A DNA stretch of 64,000 bases, from assembly GCA_050084985.1 (NCBI GenBank), contig JBITNC010000001.1:98580001-98644000 (forward strand), read 5' to 3'. Under the pieces are notes generated by a model, which worked only from the letters and a program-made list of their open reading frames with translations, was not told the DNA's origin and did not search any database. This stretch comes from Nageia nagi. Its lineage: Eukaryota; Plantae; Pinophyta. Of this stretch, positions 50,270 through 63,426 are shown piece after piece. The position numbers were made by a program, and so were the translations under genes. Positions within the stretch are counted from its first letter, which is position 1, and each line of letters opens with the position of its first letter.

Positions 50270-53200
50270 TTACTCCTTAAGACCAATCCACGTTGAGCAA
50301 GAGCCCAACTTCTCCTTTGTAACAACTTTCGTGAACATGTCTGCAAGATTTTATGACATGTGAATCTTCCCCAAACTGACTGAACCATCCTCCAATGCTG
50401 CCCTGATGAAGTGGTACCTCAATTTGATGTGTTTTGTTCTCGAATGGTAGGCTAAGTTCTTTGCAAGATGGATAGCACTCTGGCTATCGCTCCATAACTT
50501 CGCATCCTCCTGCACCTTTCCCAGTTCCTCCATCAGTCTCTTCAACCAAATCAATTCTTTACTCGCCTCTGTCATCGCCACGTACTCTGCCTCAGTAGTG
50601 GAGAGAGCCACAACCTGTTGGAGTTTTGAAATCCAACTAACCGCTATACCTCCAATGGTAAACACATAACCTGTAGTGCTTCTCCCACCATCTATATCAC
50701 CTGCCATGTCAGAATCAACATATCCTTGCAAACAAGAGTTAGATCCACCAAAACATAAAGAGTAATGAGAAGTACCCCTTAAATACCTAAGGATCCATTT
50801 AACTGCTTCCCAATGCCCTTTTCCTGGATTATTCATAAATCTACTAACCACTCCCACTGCTTGTGCTATATCTGGTCTAGTACATACCATTGCATACATT
50901 AAACTCCCAACTGCTGAAGCATAAGGAACCTTAGTCATGTACTCCTTTTCCTTATCTGTCTTAGGACATAAATGTTTGGTGAGTTTAAAATGTTTTGCCA
51001 ATGGTAAAGTTACAGATTTTGCATTATTCATATTGAACCGTTTAAGAACCTTTTCAATATAGTCTTCTTGACTTAGTCTTAGTGAGTGGTTTTGTTTATC
51101 TCTTGTTATTTTCATTCCAAGAATTTGATTAGCTTCACCCAAATCTTTCATTTCAAAAGTTTTAGCCAACTTTTCCTTAAGATCAACAATATCCTTCATA
51201 CTAGGTCCTGCTATCAACATGTCATCCACATATAAAAGCAAGATTACATAGTTGCCATTTGTTGTTCTTTTTATATACACACAATGATCAGATTGACATC
51301 TTACAAATTCATTTGTTACCATGAAAGTGTCAAACTTATGATACCATTGCCTGGGTGCTTGTTTTAAGCCATACAAACTCTTTTCCAATTTACATACATA
51401 CCCTTCTTTACCTTTGACCTCAAAACCTTCGGGTTGATGCATATAAATATCCTCCTCCAAATCCCCATGAAGGAAAGCTATCTTTACATCCAGTTGTTCA
51501 AGAAACAAATTTTCAGTAGCAACAAGACTCAATATTGCTCTAATCGACGTCATTTTAACAACTGGAGAAAAGATCTCATCATAATCAATACCTTTTTTCT
51601 GTTCGAAACCTTTTACCACAAGTCTCGCCTTGTACCTTTGTCGCCCATCTGCATCCTCCTTTATCCTGTACACCCATTTGTTAGTAAGAGCCCTCTTACC
51701 CTCTGGAAGCTCAACCAAACTCCAAGTCTGATTCTTAAGTAAGGAGTCCATCTCCTCCTTCATAGCATGCTCCCACTTAATCTGTGTACCACCCTGCATA
51801 GCTTCATCAAAACATTCAGGTTCACCACCATCAGTATACAAAATATGATAAAGAGTAGGAGAATATCATTCAGTAGGATTTCTAATCCTTGTGGATCTTC
51901 TAAGCGACAAAGTTTGAGGTGTTTGTGGTGGAGGTGCTTCAACATTATCAGGACCCTTATATTCATCAACATCTTCTAGAGATACACTCTTGGGTTCCTC
52001 AACCTTTTGCAACCTATCTTTATACATGTTATTCTCATTGAATACAACATCTCTACTTCTAATGATTTTATGGTTATCAACATCTCATAACCTATATCCA
52101 AAATCATTAACACCATATCTAATAAGATAACATTTTTGTGATTTTGCATCAAGTTTATTTCTATTCTCCTTATCAACATGTGCAAAAGCCTCACAACCAA
52201 AGACTCTCAAGAATGAGTAATTCACCTTTTTACCTGTCCACATCTCCTCTGGAATGCCTCCATCTAAAGCCATAGATGGACCCCTGTTAATCAAGTAAAC
52301 AGCAGTGTCAATAGCATCAGCCCAAAGATTTAAAGGAAACCCAGCATGTATCCTCATACTTCTAGCCCTTTCCAAGATAGTCCTATTCATTCTCTCTGCA
52401 GCCCCATTTTCCTGTGGAGTTCTAGGAACCACCTTAATCCTTCTAATGCCATTGTGTGAACAAAATGAATCAAACTCATTATTGCAAAATTCTCCACCAT
52501 TATCTGACTTAAGACATTTTAACTTAGAATTAGTTTCATTCTCAACCAATGCCTTCCACCTCTTAAAAGTTTCAAACACATCAGATTTCTTTTTAATACA
52601 GTATACCCATGTCTTCCTGGTACAATCATCAATAAAAGTGACAAAATAAGATGAGCCCCCAAGTGAGCAAACCTGTGCAGGACCCCACACATCTGTATGA
52701 ACAAGCTCTAATTTGTGACTCTTCCTTTCATTGCCAACTTTAAGAAATCTAACTTTCTTTTGTTTACCATACACACAATCTTCACAAAATCCTAAATCAA
52801 TTTCTTTTAGATTTGGAAGTGAACCATTAGTGTGTAACATTTTCATTCCTTTTTCACTCATATGTCCAAGTCTATTATGCCATAGTGATGTATCATTACC
52901 AAAGGAAACAAGATTCAATGAATAATCAAAGACATTTGTGAGTAAATAAAGAGACCCCACCAAATTTCCCTTTGCAAATACCATTGAACCTTTAGAAACT
53001 TTCCAATTACCATCCCCGAATGTCATCACATAGCCCTCCTTATCCAATTTACTTATTGATATGAGATTCCTTTTAAGATCCGGAATGTGTCTTGCTTCAT
53101 TAAGAGTCCATTGTGTTCCATTAGGTAATTTCATTGTTATATTGCCCATACCAACAATTTTACATGGATGTTCATTACCTAATAACACTTGACCAAAATC

Positions 53201-54135
53201 ACCATGTGTGTAATTAGAAAAGAAGTCCTTATGTGGAGTAGCATGATATGAAGCACCCGAATCAAGAACCCAATAATCATTGTTCTTTTCGTTAGACATG
53301 ATTAAAGCATCTTGGATTAATTCACCAACCATATTAACCTCTTGATTACTTGTGCTTTCATTATTACTACTATCACATTCTTTACCTTTTCTATTCCAAC
53401 AATCCTTTTTAATGTGACCCTTTTTACCACAATAACAACATTCCAATTTTGTTTTACCTTGTGATTTTGACCTTCCTTGTGATTTGCTTCTTGACTTGCT
53501 TCTCCTTCTTTCCTTTGGTCTTCTTCTTGCCTCTACTGTGAGAGCAGCATTGGAGCATTCTCCTGTGGACTTTCTCCTCATGTCCTCACTAAGAATTGTT
53601 CCAACAACTTCATCAAAGACCAATTTTGCATTAGAAGAAGAATTGCTAACAGCCATAACAAAGCTATTCCAACTATCCGGAAGTGAACATAGAATTAACA
53701 AGGCCCTTACTTCATCTTCAAATTCTAAACTTACTGAAGTCAATTGATTTGTGATTGTATTGAACTCATTAACATGGTCCTGAACTGAACTACCTTCATT
53801 CATCTTCATGTTAAACAATTTTTTCATTAAGTATACTTTGTTAGAGGCAGATGGTTTTTCATACAATTTAGCAAGCTTATCCATTACACCTTTAGTGGTC
53901 TTTTCATTGGAAATATTGAAAGCTACACTAGAACTTAAACAAAGTCTTACAGCACCCAAACCTTTCTATCCAAGAGATTCCACTATTCATCACTCATAGA
54001 AGTAAGTTTCTTACTCTTCTCTTCTAGAGGTAGATAGAGATCCTTTTGGTAGAGGTAGTCTTCCATTTGCATTTTCCAAAACTGAAATCCTTGCCCATTA
54101 AACCTTTCCACCTTTAGCCTCCCTTCTTCTGCCAT
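50270..54135 (-). pseudogene. Copia gag-pol polyprotein with a few stops and frameshifts
   Basis: MAEEGRLKVERFNG...; CCHC knuckle CYCGKKGHIKKDC; protease WVLDSGAS; integrase VHTDVWGP/SDNGGEF; RT LLLYVDDML; RH YVDSD/SDSQSA; breaks near 53983, 53960, 52085, 51976, 51870 and 50351. Confidence 0.96.
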
Positions 54136-54215
54136 AGTGCTCTTCCTTGATTTCCAATCTACACACAAGATTCACCAACAAAATCCCAACACAACAACGT
54201 GGCTCTGATACCAAT

Positions 54216-54850
54216 TGCTAGGATTTAAAGAGTTCATATAACTAAGAGCATTCACAATTTGGATTGTCTTTGGCAAAGAAGAAACAACATTAAGCATACT
54301 ACTGAAAATAAACATCCATAAACATCAATCACACAAGAGAGACACAAGAGATAACGTGGTTCACCCAGTGTAGGCTACATCCACGGAGAAGCTTTCAACT
54401 CTTTTGCATTCAAGTCCTCCAAGCAATACACCAGCAGCATAACCTTGCTACAACCTTCAGTTTGGAGTTACAACAAAGCCTCACTACAATCTCTCTCTCA
54501 ACAATTACAATCAACCTCACAAATGCTGTCAAATTACAGTCATACACACATATTCCAACTACATACATGCCTCAACTCAAGCCTCTTATTTATAGGTACA
54601 AACTAACCCAACTAAAACCCAAGTTGGATCAGGAAGGTCGTTAGGTAACCCCCAACCCTTCTACAACTACTGAACAGGTGTCATGGCTCCTTGGCAACTA
54701 AAAATTGGTTTGAAATGAGAAAGAAACTGCCCTGTAGACCGGTTGGCTTTATAAACAAAACTATCCTTCAGATTTACTAGCATCTTAGCCGGTTGGCCGG
54801 CTGGCCTATTCTGTCTGGCTGGTTCTGTCTTAGTCTCCATTTTTCTAACA
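54216..54850 (-). repeat. 5' LTR of the young copia
   Basis: TG...CA; adjacent to the PBS. Confidence 0.97.
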
Positions 54851-55620
54851 TAAAAATGATTTATTATTTATTTAATAAATCATATTTAGACCTCCTAAAT
54901 GACTTAATGCAATATTACATATGTCAAGATAAAGTTGATATTACAATGCAATGCCATGTGTTATATTAAATGTTATATCATTTATCATTATTTATATTTT
55001 AAAGCATATTGAATGTAATAATGATTATATTATTGCGAGAGGTCAACCTTTACTTCTTTTTATATCTTTACAAGCTATATAAACGGGAGGAATAGGTTGA
55101 TCTCCATAGATCGAAACTCTTTGATATGATAGGAACTCTAATAGGTGGTTGTCGATTGTAGCCGTGTCTCTGGATGCTACCTATTTTGAGAATTTGTTAT
55201 ACTCTAAGGTATGTACTTTCTATATTTGACACATATCATAATTCAACATATTCCATACAATCAATGATGTGCTTCTCCTACTCCAATAGCGACATGCATC
55301 TTCTAGATCGGAGGTTCCAGATTTCGATGATCAAGTAGTTGATTCATGGTCATGAAGATCCATCGTGAACTCACTGCGAATCCGATCCCAATCCTTTGAA
55401 GAATCATTGTTATCTACTTTCGAGGATTGTACATACACTTCATATTAGGTGCATGTGTTTTGTGTATATTTATTATATCTGATATAATGTACATTTTAAT
55501 CTCTTCTTATATTGTAGAGCAATTTATTTATTGTGTACATTCGTAAGTTGCACAATTTAAGGTCTATAATTGTAATGATTATTTGCTTGTTGGACATGGA
55601 TGTTATCTTTAGAGTAAAAG
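54851..55620 (+). mobile_element. Older LTR (begins at 49560 TGTAGATGCC) interrupted 15 bp in by the young copia
   Basis: Rejoined sequence TGTAGATGCCTAAAAATGATTTATTATTTATT matches the reverse complement of 24578 leftwards and the Tat LTR 5' end; right end approximate. Confidence 0.8.
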
Positions 55621-56996
55621 AGCCCATACCCTTATGTTGCATTAGAAAATTGTAATTTTTTCAAAATGTGTTGCACATATTTTATTCCATATATTGCATT
55701 GCTTAATTATTGTTTGATTGAGCTATGATTTGGGTAGCCTACCTCAAATGGATTTATAATTGTTTGATTGAACAATGATGGGGTAGCCTAGCTTAGTAAA
55801 TAATAGTATGCCTACAAATGGAAAAGAAAAGTGTTTTTTGTGTGAAATGAGTTTGTTAAAACCTGAATTTTGATTGACACTTGTTATATTCTTACTTGTA
55901 GTTATTTGACTAAATGTGTACTTGGTTGTTATTATGCTTGTGGAAAGAGTACAATCCATGCTTGTGTGGAATAAACTAGCAAATGTAGAGGATTGTGTTT
56001 ATTCTAAGAGGATGAGAATGCAATGACACTATTTTTTAGACCCCTTTTCCTCTAACATGTTTGTTAGTGTTTTCTAGTTTAGTGCCTTTGGCTAATGATG
56101 TTGGTTGGTCCTCATACTTGGAAGCATTAGAGAAAAAAGTTGTTAATGTGAATAGTAAAAAAATATCATAAAGAAAATTATATTAAGATATTAATTACTT
56201 TTGAATATATAAATAATATTATATGACATTATATTTATTTATTTGTCAATAATTTATTATCAATAAATATTAACTATTGTATTATTTTAATAATATATAT
56301 AGTATTCAATTACTATTATTATTATTAATTGAATACAGTCAAGTTAAATAAAATAGGTATATACAATTTGTTATTAAGTTTTTAATTTTAAAAAATAGAA
56401 TATGCGTATTTTTAAAATAAATACATGTAACTATTTATTTTGGTGAACAAATACAAATAATTTCTTCTGTAGGTTTTTGAAATGGAAATCGAAAATAGGT
56501 TACAAATTCTCCCTTGCTCTCATCCTTTAATACAACTCATTTGGATTGAAATGGAAATGTTTTTTTGGGAATAAGAACATACAAAATAAGAACCCTTTTG
56601 TAGTACTACAAAATGAAGGTACAAAAAAGCCTAAAAACTTTGCTCTTTTAGATTTGAAAATGATGCCTGATTTGAGAGATCTAGCTCTTTGAAAGATTTA
56701 GAGGATTTTAAAAATTAAATTGCAAATATGTAATATTATAAGTAAACTTGTAAATATTTATTTATTATATTAACTTATCAATTAATTTATTTAATGAATA
56801 AATAAGTATATGAATTCGAATTTAAAATCCAAAATACAATAATTTGGTTGTATGTATGTATATATATATATAGCATTTTAAAAAAAAGGTCATCTAATGT
56901 TGAACAACGTGGCAATGGAAAACAAGATTTAGAAAAAGGCATGCACCTATAAGGTGTCATGGGCCTATGGTGATGACTTGACACCACTTGCTATAT

Positions 56997-57248
56997 GTTT
57001 TTTTTATTGGAGTTCGTCCTTTGATACAACGCACCATTAACTCTTAAACTTATAGCCACGATTGAGGGGAATCCATGCCATCAAAATATATCGAGGGCAT
57101 GATCCCCACCTCATTCGCACCTACCATCAACTTGATAGGATTTTAGTTATGTTTCAACTTTTAGGAGTAGAGAGTTTTGAACTTGGAGCTCCCGTATCCA
57201 AGAGATTTGAACAACCCACCTCTCGAACTCCCCTATCCGTCAATTCAT
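56997..57248 (-). mobile_element. Putative SINE or short retroposed element
   Basis: Absent from copy A; 12-bp TSD cacttgctatat/cacttactatat; T-run at left end (A tail on minus strand); B-box-like GTTCAAA motifs. Confidence 0.75.
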
Positions 57249-57375
57249 CACTTACTATATTGAATTTAGAAGTAAATAAAATACTTTTTATTTTAAAACA
57301 CATAACATGTGCTAGTTTATTTATTTATAGTTTTTATTTTAAAACAATGCTTGGAAAATTGGTTGAAATTATTAT

Positions 57376-57530
57376 TGTTGGTTGAGTTGGTCATGTGTTG
57401 ACCTTGTTGTGACCTATGTCCCGTGTTTCCATTCCAAGTACGAGACATACATACTATATAAAGGCCTACTATAGTTGTTTGTCCCATAGATCAATAGATC
57501 ATAGATTAATATAATTTACATTTACCTTTA
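57376..57530 (+). mobile_element. Possible miniature solo LTR
   Basis: Absent from copy A; starts TGTTGG, central CTATATAAAGG; end and TSD degenerate. Confidence 0.4.
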
Positions 57531-58479
57531 TATATAAATATTAAATAATTAAATTTTGATTTAGTCAATTGTTTCAAGATAATATTAATTGATTTAAGAG
57601 TTAATTTGTTTTTATTTAAATATGAAATATATAAATAATGATTTAAGTTTAAATTTATTAAAAACAAAATTAATATTTATTTGTTTAGATCATAATTTTA
57701 TTATTTATATGAGATTTAAATAATAAAATTTATAGTAGAGTTTAGGAGATATATACATGATGAAAAATATGCAAGATAATATATAATATATATTTGATCC
57801 AAATTTGATATATCTTATAAACCTTAAGACAATGAAAGGAGGTAGAAACTATCTCAACTTTTATTTTCAATACATGATTAATATGTAGGTATTAAATAGT
57901 ATTACAAAATATTGAATGATAAATACTAGAGTATGAACTACATGCTTATACAAAAAGGTATAAGATGGTTGTAGTTGAATATTAAGGGTGTGTTTATTTG
58001 AATAGAATAATGAAAATAGGAAAAAAATATTATTTATGTAAGATAACTAAGTTAATAAAATTTACATAGTTAAGAATACTTTTATTAGAGGGGGTGATTG
58101 AAATCACTTAGAGAATGATAGATTCTTTCTCATCTATTGATTTCTTCCCTTGAATACAAATTGATCTTATGGTATATTTTAGAATGCTTTTTAAGATTCA
58201 GATCTAAGATATTTGAACTTGATAAACGTAAATTGAACTCATGGTATTTTTCTTTTAAAAATGTTGTGTTATAATCGTAAGCACTTTATGTGAGTAGATA
58301 TAAATAGTGGTGTATGTCATATGCTTTAGGAAGGACAAGAAAATCTTTGTTAGCATAGAGTCATATGATAATGCTAAAAGGTCCTTGATTTCAAATATGT
58401 ATATTAAATCAATGTGATCTTATGAAATATCTGAATGCAAAGTGCTTAATTTATGACTTTAACATACACTAATTATTAG

Positions 58480-60330
58480 TACCCATAGCCAGTTTGTGGA
58501 TCACACAGTAATTGATAACAAGACATTGATGGTGGAAGCAAGGAACTATTTGAAAGTCCTTCAACTCTATGAAGGAGGTTCTCATCAAAAGATAAACTAT
58601 GATAAAATTAAGCTTTTCTTCATCCACATACCAATTAGCAAGTAAAAGAAAATTGTAGGTATCTTCAATTGCTATATTGAAGAGCTCCCTACGACCTATT
58701 TGGGTATGACATTATTTGTTGGCCTATTTGAGAAGAAGTTATGGTTTCCACTTATCAAGAGATTTCATAAAAAACTTACTAGATGGAAAGGGGCAACTCT
58801 TTCTATAGCTAGAAAGTGCCTATTGGTTAAAACAGTTCTTCAGAGTATGCATGTATATGCATGTATACTATGCTTTTATATTTCATATCTCGATAAGCAT
58901 ATGTGAGCAAATTGATCAGATATGCAATAAATTCCTCTGAACTAGCATGGAGGAAAAGGAAAGGATAGACTTAGTAAGTTAGTTGAAGGTTTGCAACCCT
59001 ATGTACCAGGGATGTCTCGATCTCTATAGTGTGAAATAATTCAACATGGCACTAAGGAGTAAACTTGCATGAAAAGTGAGTACTAGTGAGGAAAAGAAAT
59101 GGGTAACTATTTTTTAGAACAAATATCTCATGAAAGGATTGAATATCATCTAAACAGATTTGAGAAGGCAAGGTATGACCTTTTGGAAAGGTGTCTCCTA
59201 AATCGACATATCCTAAAGAAGAATATCTCTTAGAGCATCGATAATGGAAGGGATGAGCAGTTTTTGGAAGATGAATGGCTAGAAGGTAAACCTCTCATTC
59301 AAATTCCAAACCTATATGACTTGGCAAGGCGAGGGAGGAACAATATTGGTTGGAAGGCCCAATGAATGCTACATGGAGGATAACAATAGACAAATATCAT
59401 GGAAAATTCTATGACTTTCAGGCCATGATCTCTTTATAGTTGTGAAAGTAGTCAACAATATGTTGATTACAACACTCTTGCCTCCAGACGATGATCTTGA
59501 CATCCCAAGATGGAAACTAAGAAAAGGAGGCATGTACTTGATTAATTCATGATACTTAGCTCTCTTAGATGTAGATGAGAGTGACTTACTAATCAAGAAG
59601 GTCTGGATTAAAGGGGTCACTCCAAAGGTAACTCACTTCCTATGGTTAATCTTTAGGAAACGACTATCAACTATTAATAACTTGAGGAAGAGAGGAAAAA
59701 TCTTAGTCAATAGATGCTCGTTATGTTACAAAGCAAAGGAATCAATGGATAATCTATGCCAATCGTGCCCTTTCATTCATGAATACTAAAGAGGAATATT
59801 GGTAGAAAAAATGTTTGAATTTGGTATAGATATCATCAAATCAATCTCCAAATGGCCTCCTCATGTTTTTAGGAAGGAGGAAAAGAGATGATGGGTACAG
59901 TACGTCCTCATATGCTATGGGAAGTATGGAAGGAAAGAAACTGATGAATATTCCAAGAAAAGGCAACGACGGTTGATAAATTGATAGGAAAAATCCATTG
60001 TATGATTGAAGAGAATTGGATGTTGATATGTAAACATGGATAACAAGAATTAAACTTTGGTAGGGCAGTATTGTGCTCGCACAACACACCCCAAAATATA
60101 AGATTTTGGGGACATTATTTTTGCAAAGGAAATGAGGTGCATTACCTTGAGATTAGCTCTTGACAATGGATAGTTCATTCTAAAGAGTGCAAATGTGATA
60201 TCAGGGAACAATTCAAGGAGATATTATGACGAAGACCCTAAAGAGTATTAGAGTATCCAATCACCAATTTTGGAGCCAAGGAGCTAGGATCTAAGAGAGT
60301 ATCAAAGCATGGATTTTTGGTTTAGAGTGC
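58480..60330 (+). mobile_element. Decayed LINE ORF2 3' part (RT C-terminus, zf-RVT, possible RNase H)
   Basis: SQFVDH; LPTTYLGM; KKLTRWKGATLSIA...LVKTVLQSM; VWIKGVTPKVTHFLWL...RCSLCYKAKESMDNL..SCPF; LNFG near 60050. Confidence 0.87.
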
Positions 60331-60339
60331 AACCAATGG

Positions 60340-62957
60340 AGATGGGGTCATTTTTACATTGTTTGAACTCATAAGTGCCAAGTGTGAGGAAAATGAGCAT
60401 TTTTTGCAGAGTTTAAGCCTGCTAGATGATAAAAATAAGCATTTTTATCAAGTATGAGCTCAAAAAGCTCAAAAATAGTCATTATCATGAAAAGGCATGC
60501 TTTGGTCGACTTTGAGCTTAGAAGTGGTCAATACAGTAGAAATGGTCATTTTTATACTATTTAAGCGCAAAAAGCTTAAAAATGGCCAAAAATGTAAAGT
60601 TGAGCTCAAAATGGCTGAAAATGCTCTAAAATGATAGCTTTTTCACACTTAAGACTTAGAAATAACATAAATCGATAAAAATGATACTTTAAGCTCAAAA
60701 GTACCGAAAATGATAGAAAGTGATGAGTTTGAGCTTGAAGTTTCTAAAAGAGGGACTTTGGTTGACTTTAAGCTTAAAAACATCAAAAGTGTTCGAAAAT
60801 GCACAAATTGAGTCTAAAAAGGGTCGAAAATGAGAGTTTGAATACCCTTAGCCCCATGCACATTTTCCCAAGGTATTGAAGACCCAAATGAGGGAAAATG
60901 GTGCATGTTTTTCAATGATAAATGCAAATAGTATTAGATTTCAAGTCCATGAGCATCATTGGAGAGATAAAATGAATTCTATTACAATTAGGATTTGAAA
61001 TTTTTGATTTTGACCAAGTTTAAAGCACTCAATTCCTAGGTGTAGTTTTTCAAGCCTATGGGAAAAACTTAGAGTTGAATTTTGGTGCCTAGATTATGGA
61101 GGAAAAGTGGAAATGCATTGAAATTCAAATGTGAATGCATAGATGGATGGAAGAGGTGATTCTAAGGCACTTGCCAAATCCCAAATCCTTCACAAAACCT
61201 CTTAAAAATCTCTAAAAACTCTCAAAACTTGCCAAGTACCTTATAATCCCATCCTGCATCCATCCATGAGCTTAAATCCACTTTTTTAAAATTTTTTGAA
61301 TTTCAAAGCCCATCTATATTTTTTGAAAAATAGACCAAAGAATCCACTTTTTCAAAAAATCCTCTCAGAATCCCTTGAAATTTTGCCACAATGATCATAT
61401 CATAGGAAAATCTAGGTTCAAAGAAAGGAGGAGCTCAAACGACTACCATAAGGATCCAGAAATAGGATTTGAAGCTCCATTTTTTTAACAAACTAATGGA
61501 AAATGCCTTAAAATGCATGCCAAAGGGCATCAATTTTTGCAAACATTTTATTTTTAGCATATTTTAGTGGGATGAGACTGTTCTCCTACTAAAATGATAT
61601 TGTAATTTCAATTTAGCCCTCAAATTAGCAATTTTTAAAGCTTTTTTAGGAATTAGGGCAACACCCTCAAAATTTGACCTAAAAAGTCTATAAATAGACC
61701 ATATGGGATCACTTTTGAGGTAAAATGTTTTTAGTGAAAAATTGTGAAAATTTGGCAAATTGATGTATCCTTGTAATTTTTACACAAATTTAATACAAAG
61801 TGGTGGAATACTTGAAACAAAGAGATTTGTCATTTGTGAGATTATGTATTTGACCATTTTGGACCTTTTGGAGATGATTTAGAATCTTTGACATTTTTCC
61901 TTGAAAATTTTTGAATTTTAGGAAATTTTTTAAAAGTTTTTGAATCATTCCCAAATTTTTACCCTTCCATAATTTGCATAATAAGTGAATATATTCTCAA
62001 TTTTTTTATTTCTATGACATCAAATTAGATCTCTTCATTTGAAACAAGGTTTGTGTACACTTGTCATGTCATGTCTTTCTTTTCATTACATCGATCCTGC
62101 TTGTAGAGTACCAACGATCATCTCTCCTGCTTGCTCCTCTAAAGAATATATTAAACTTAGGTTATTATATTTTTAAGTTGGAGGACGTTGAATGAAATTT
62201 CTTGAATGATCCTGAAGTAAGAGACCTTAGACATTGCTTCACTATGACCTTTTCTTTGTCATCTCACCAATATCGAAACATTCTTATCCTTTTTTTTCTT
62301 TTCTTTATTCTACACTTTCTATAAACATATGGCAACTTTCAAACTATTATAAGATAAAACACCTCATTCCCTACAAAAAATTTGAGTTAATAGTTATTAC
62401 CTTTACTACACCACTCAGTTGATTCCCAAACAAGACCTATAATTTAAAGTTCGTATTAATGACATGATATTTTCAATAGAAACCTTGGGGTATCAATCCT
62501 TACAAGAGGAGTTCAGTAATGCATTGTCACCTACATGCTAGGTTGATTTCCCATCTTGATCGTATGGGGGATCATTGAGTAAGAGGAAAGGTTTCCTTCC
62601 CAACATAAATTGGTGCTAGAAGGAGGGTCATTTGATTATTTTATCTTCACTAAATCAAGCTAGTTTAACTTTTATCCACCTCCTCTTCTCTATGCACCAA
62701 CATATATTGGCACTAGAAGGAGGGTCATTTGGTTATTTTATCTTCCCTAAATTAGGCTAGTTTAACTTTTATCCACCTCATCTTCTCTATGCCCCATTTT
62801 ATCTTCCCTAAATTAGGCTAGTTTAACTTTTATTTGCCTCCTCTTCTCTATGTACCAACATAGATTGGCATTAGAAGGAGGGCCATTTGATTATTTTAAC
62901 TTCACTACAATAGTCTAGTTTAACTTTTATCCCCCTCCTCTTCTCTATGCCCCAACA
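60340..62957 (+). mobile_element. Long 5' LTR of a non-chromovirus Ty3/gypsy element (ends at 62605 or 62957)
   Basis: U3-like tandem repeats at 60360-60840; CTATAAATA near 61688; ...CCCAACA ends followed by PBS; start approximate. Confidence 0.7.
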
Positions 62958-63003
62958 TAGATTGGCGCTAGAAGGAGGGTCGTTTGATTATTTTATCTTC
63001 CCT
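62599..63003 (+). repeat. Tandem array of four 97-bp units, each with an LTR-end-like CCAACA and a tRNA-Asn PBS
   Basis: PBS copies at 62611, 62708, 62866 and 62963 (spacing 97, 158, 97); TGGCGCTAGAAGGAGGG is complementary to the plant tRNA-Asn 3' end. Confidence 0.92.
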
Positions 63004-63426
63004 ATGATAGTGTCCACTTGTTTTTTTACCAATAATTTAAGTTATTTTTCTTGTTCTACTTAATTGTTATCTTTTTCTTTTTTCTTTTTTTCATGCTCCT
63101 TTAAAAGCTTTAAGTTGGGACCTAGAAGAGAGAACATATTTGTTTACAGTACAAGGGCAGCTAGAGTAGCAAGAGAAGCAAAAGAGGTCATTGAAAGGGA
63201 GTTAAATAAAGAGATAGATCAAACTTTAAGAAGCCCAGTATCCAAGTTCAATTTAGAAGGTTCCAATACTCTACCAACACAACATACTTCACTAAGAGAA
63301 ATTTTTACACCACTAATTATTACCTCAAGTATCACTCAATCAATAGTGCAAACAATAGCTCAACCTATTGTGCCACTAGTTCAACCACTAGTTGTTCAAT
63401 TTGCAAATCAGAATCAGAACATCCCA

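Larger units (their letters stand above)
49575..54850 (-). mobile_element. Young, structurally complete Ty1/copia retrotransposon (Tnt1/Tork-like)
   Basis: 635-bp LTRs; perfect TSD taaaa (49570-49574, 54851-54855); PBS TGGTATCAGAGC (54213-54202); PPT aagtgggaga (50220-50211). Confidence 0.98.
56037..58430 (+). repeat. Dispersed AT-rich repeat, copy B
   Basis: Colinear with 36709-37765 + 43620-45100, with copy-specific insertions. Confidence 0.88.

Noticed and set aside
49821-50388. Small ORFs in the copia LTR (also 54462-54644) and antisense ORFs at 51434-53999
   Set aside because: LTR or antisense shadows of gag-pol
62611-62982. tRNA-Asn genes
   Set aside because: Only 17-18 nt complementary to the tRNA 3' end including CCA; this is a PBS with no cloverleaf
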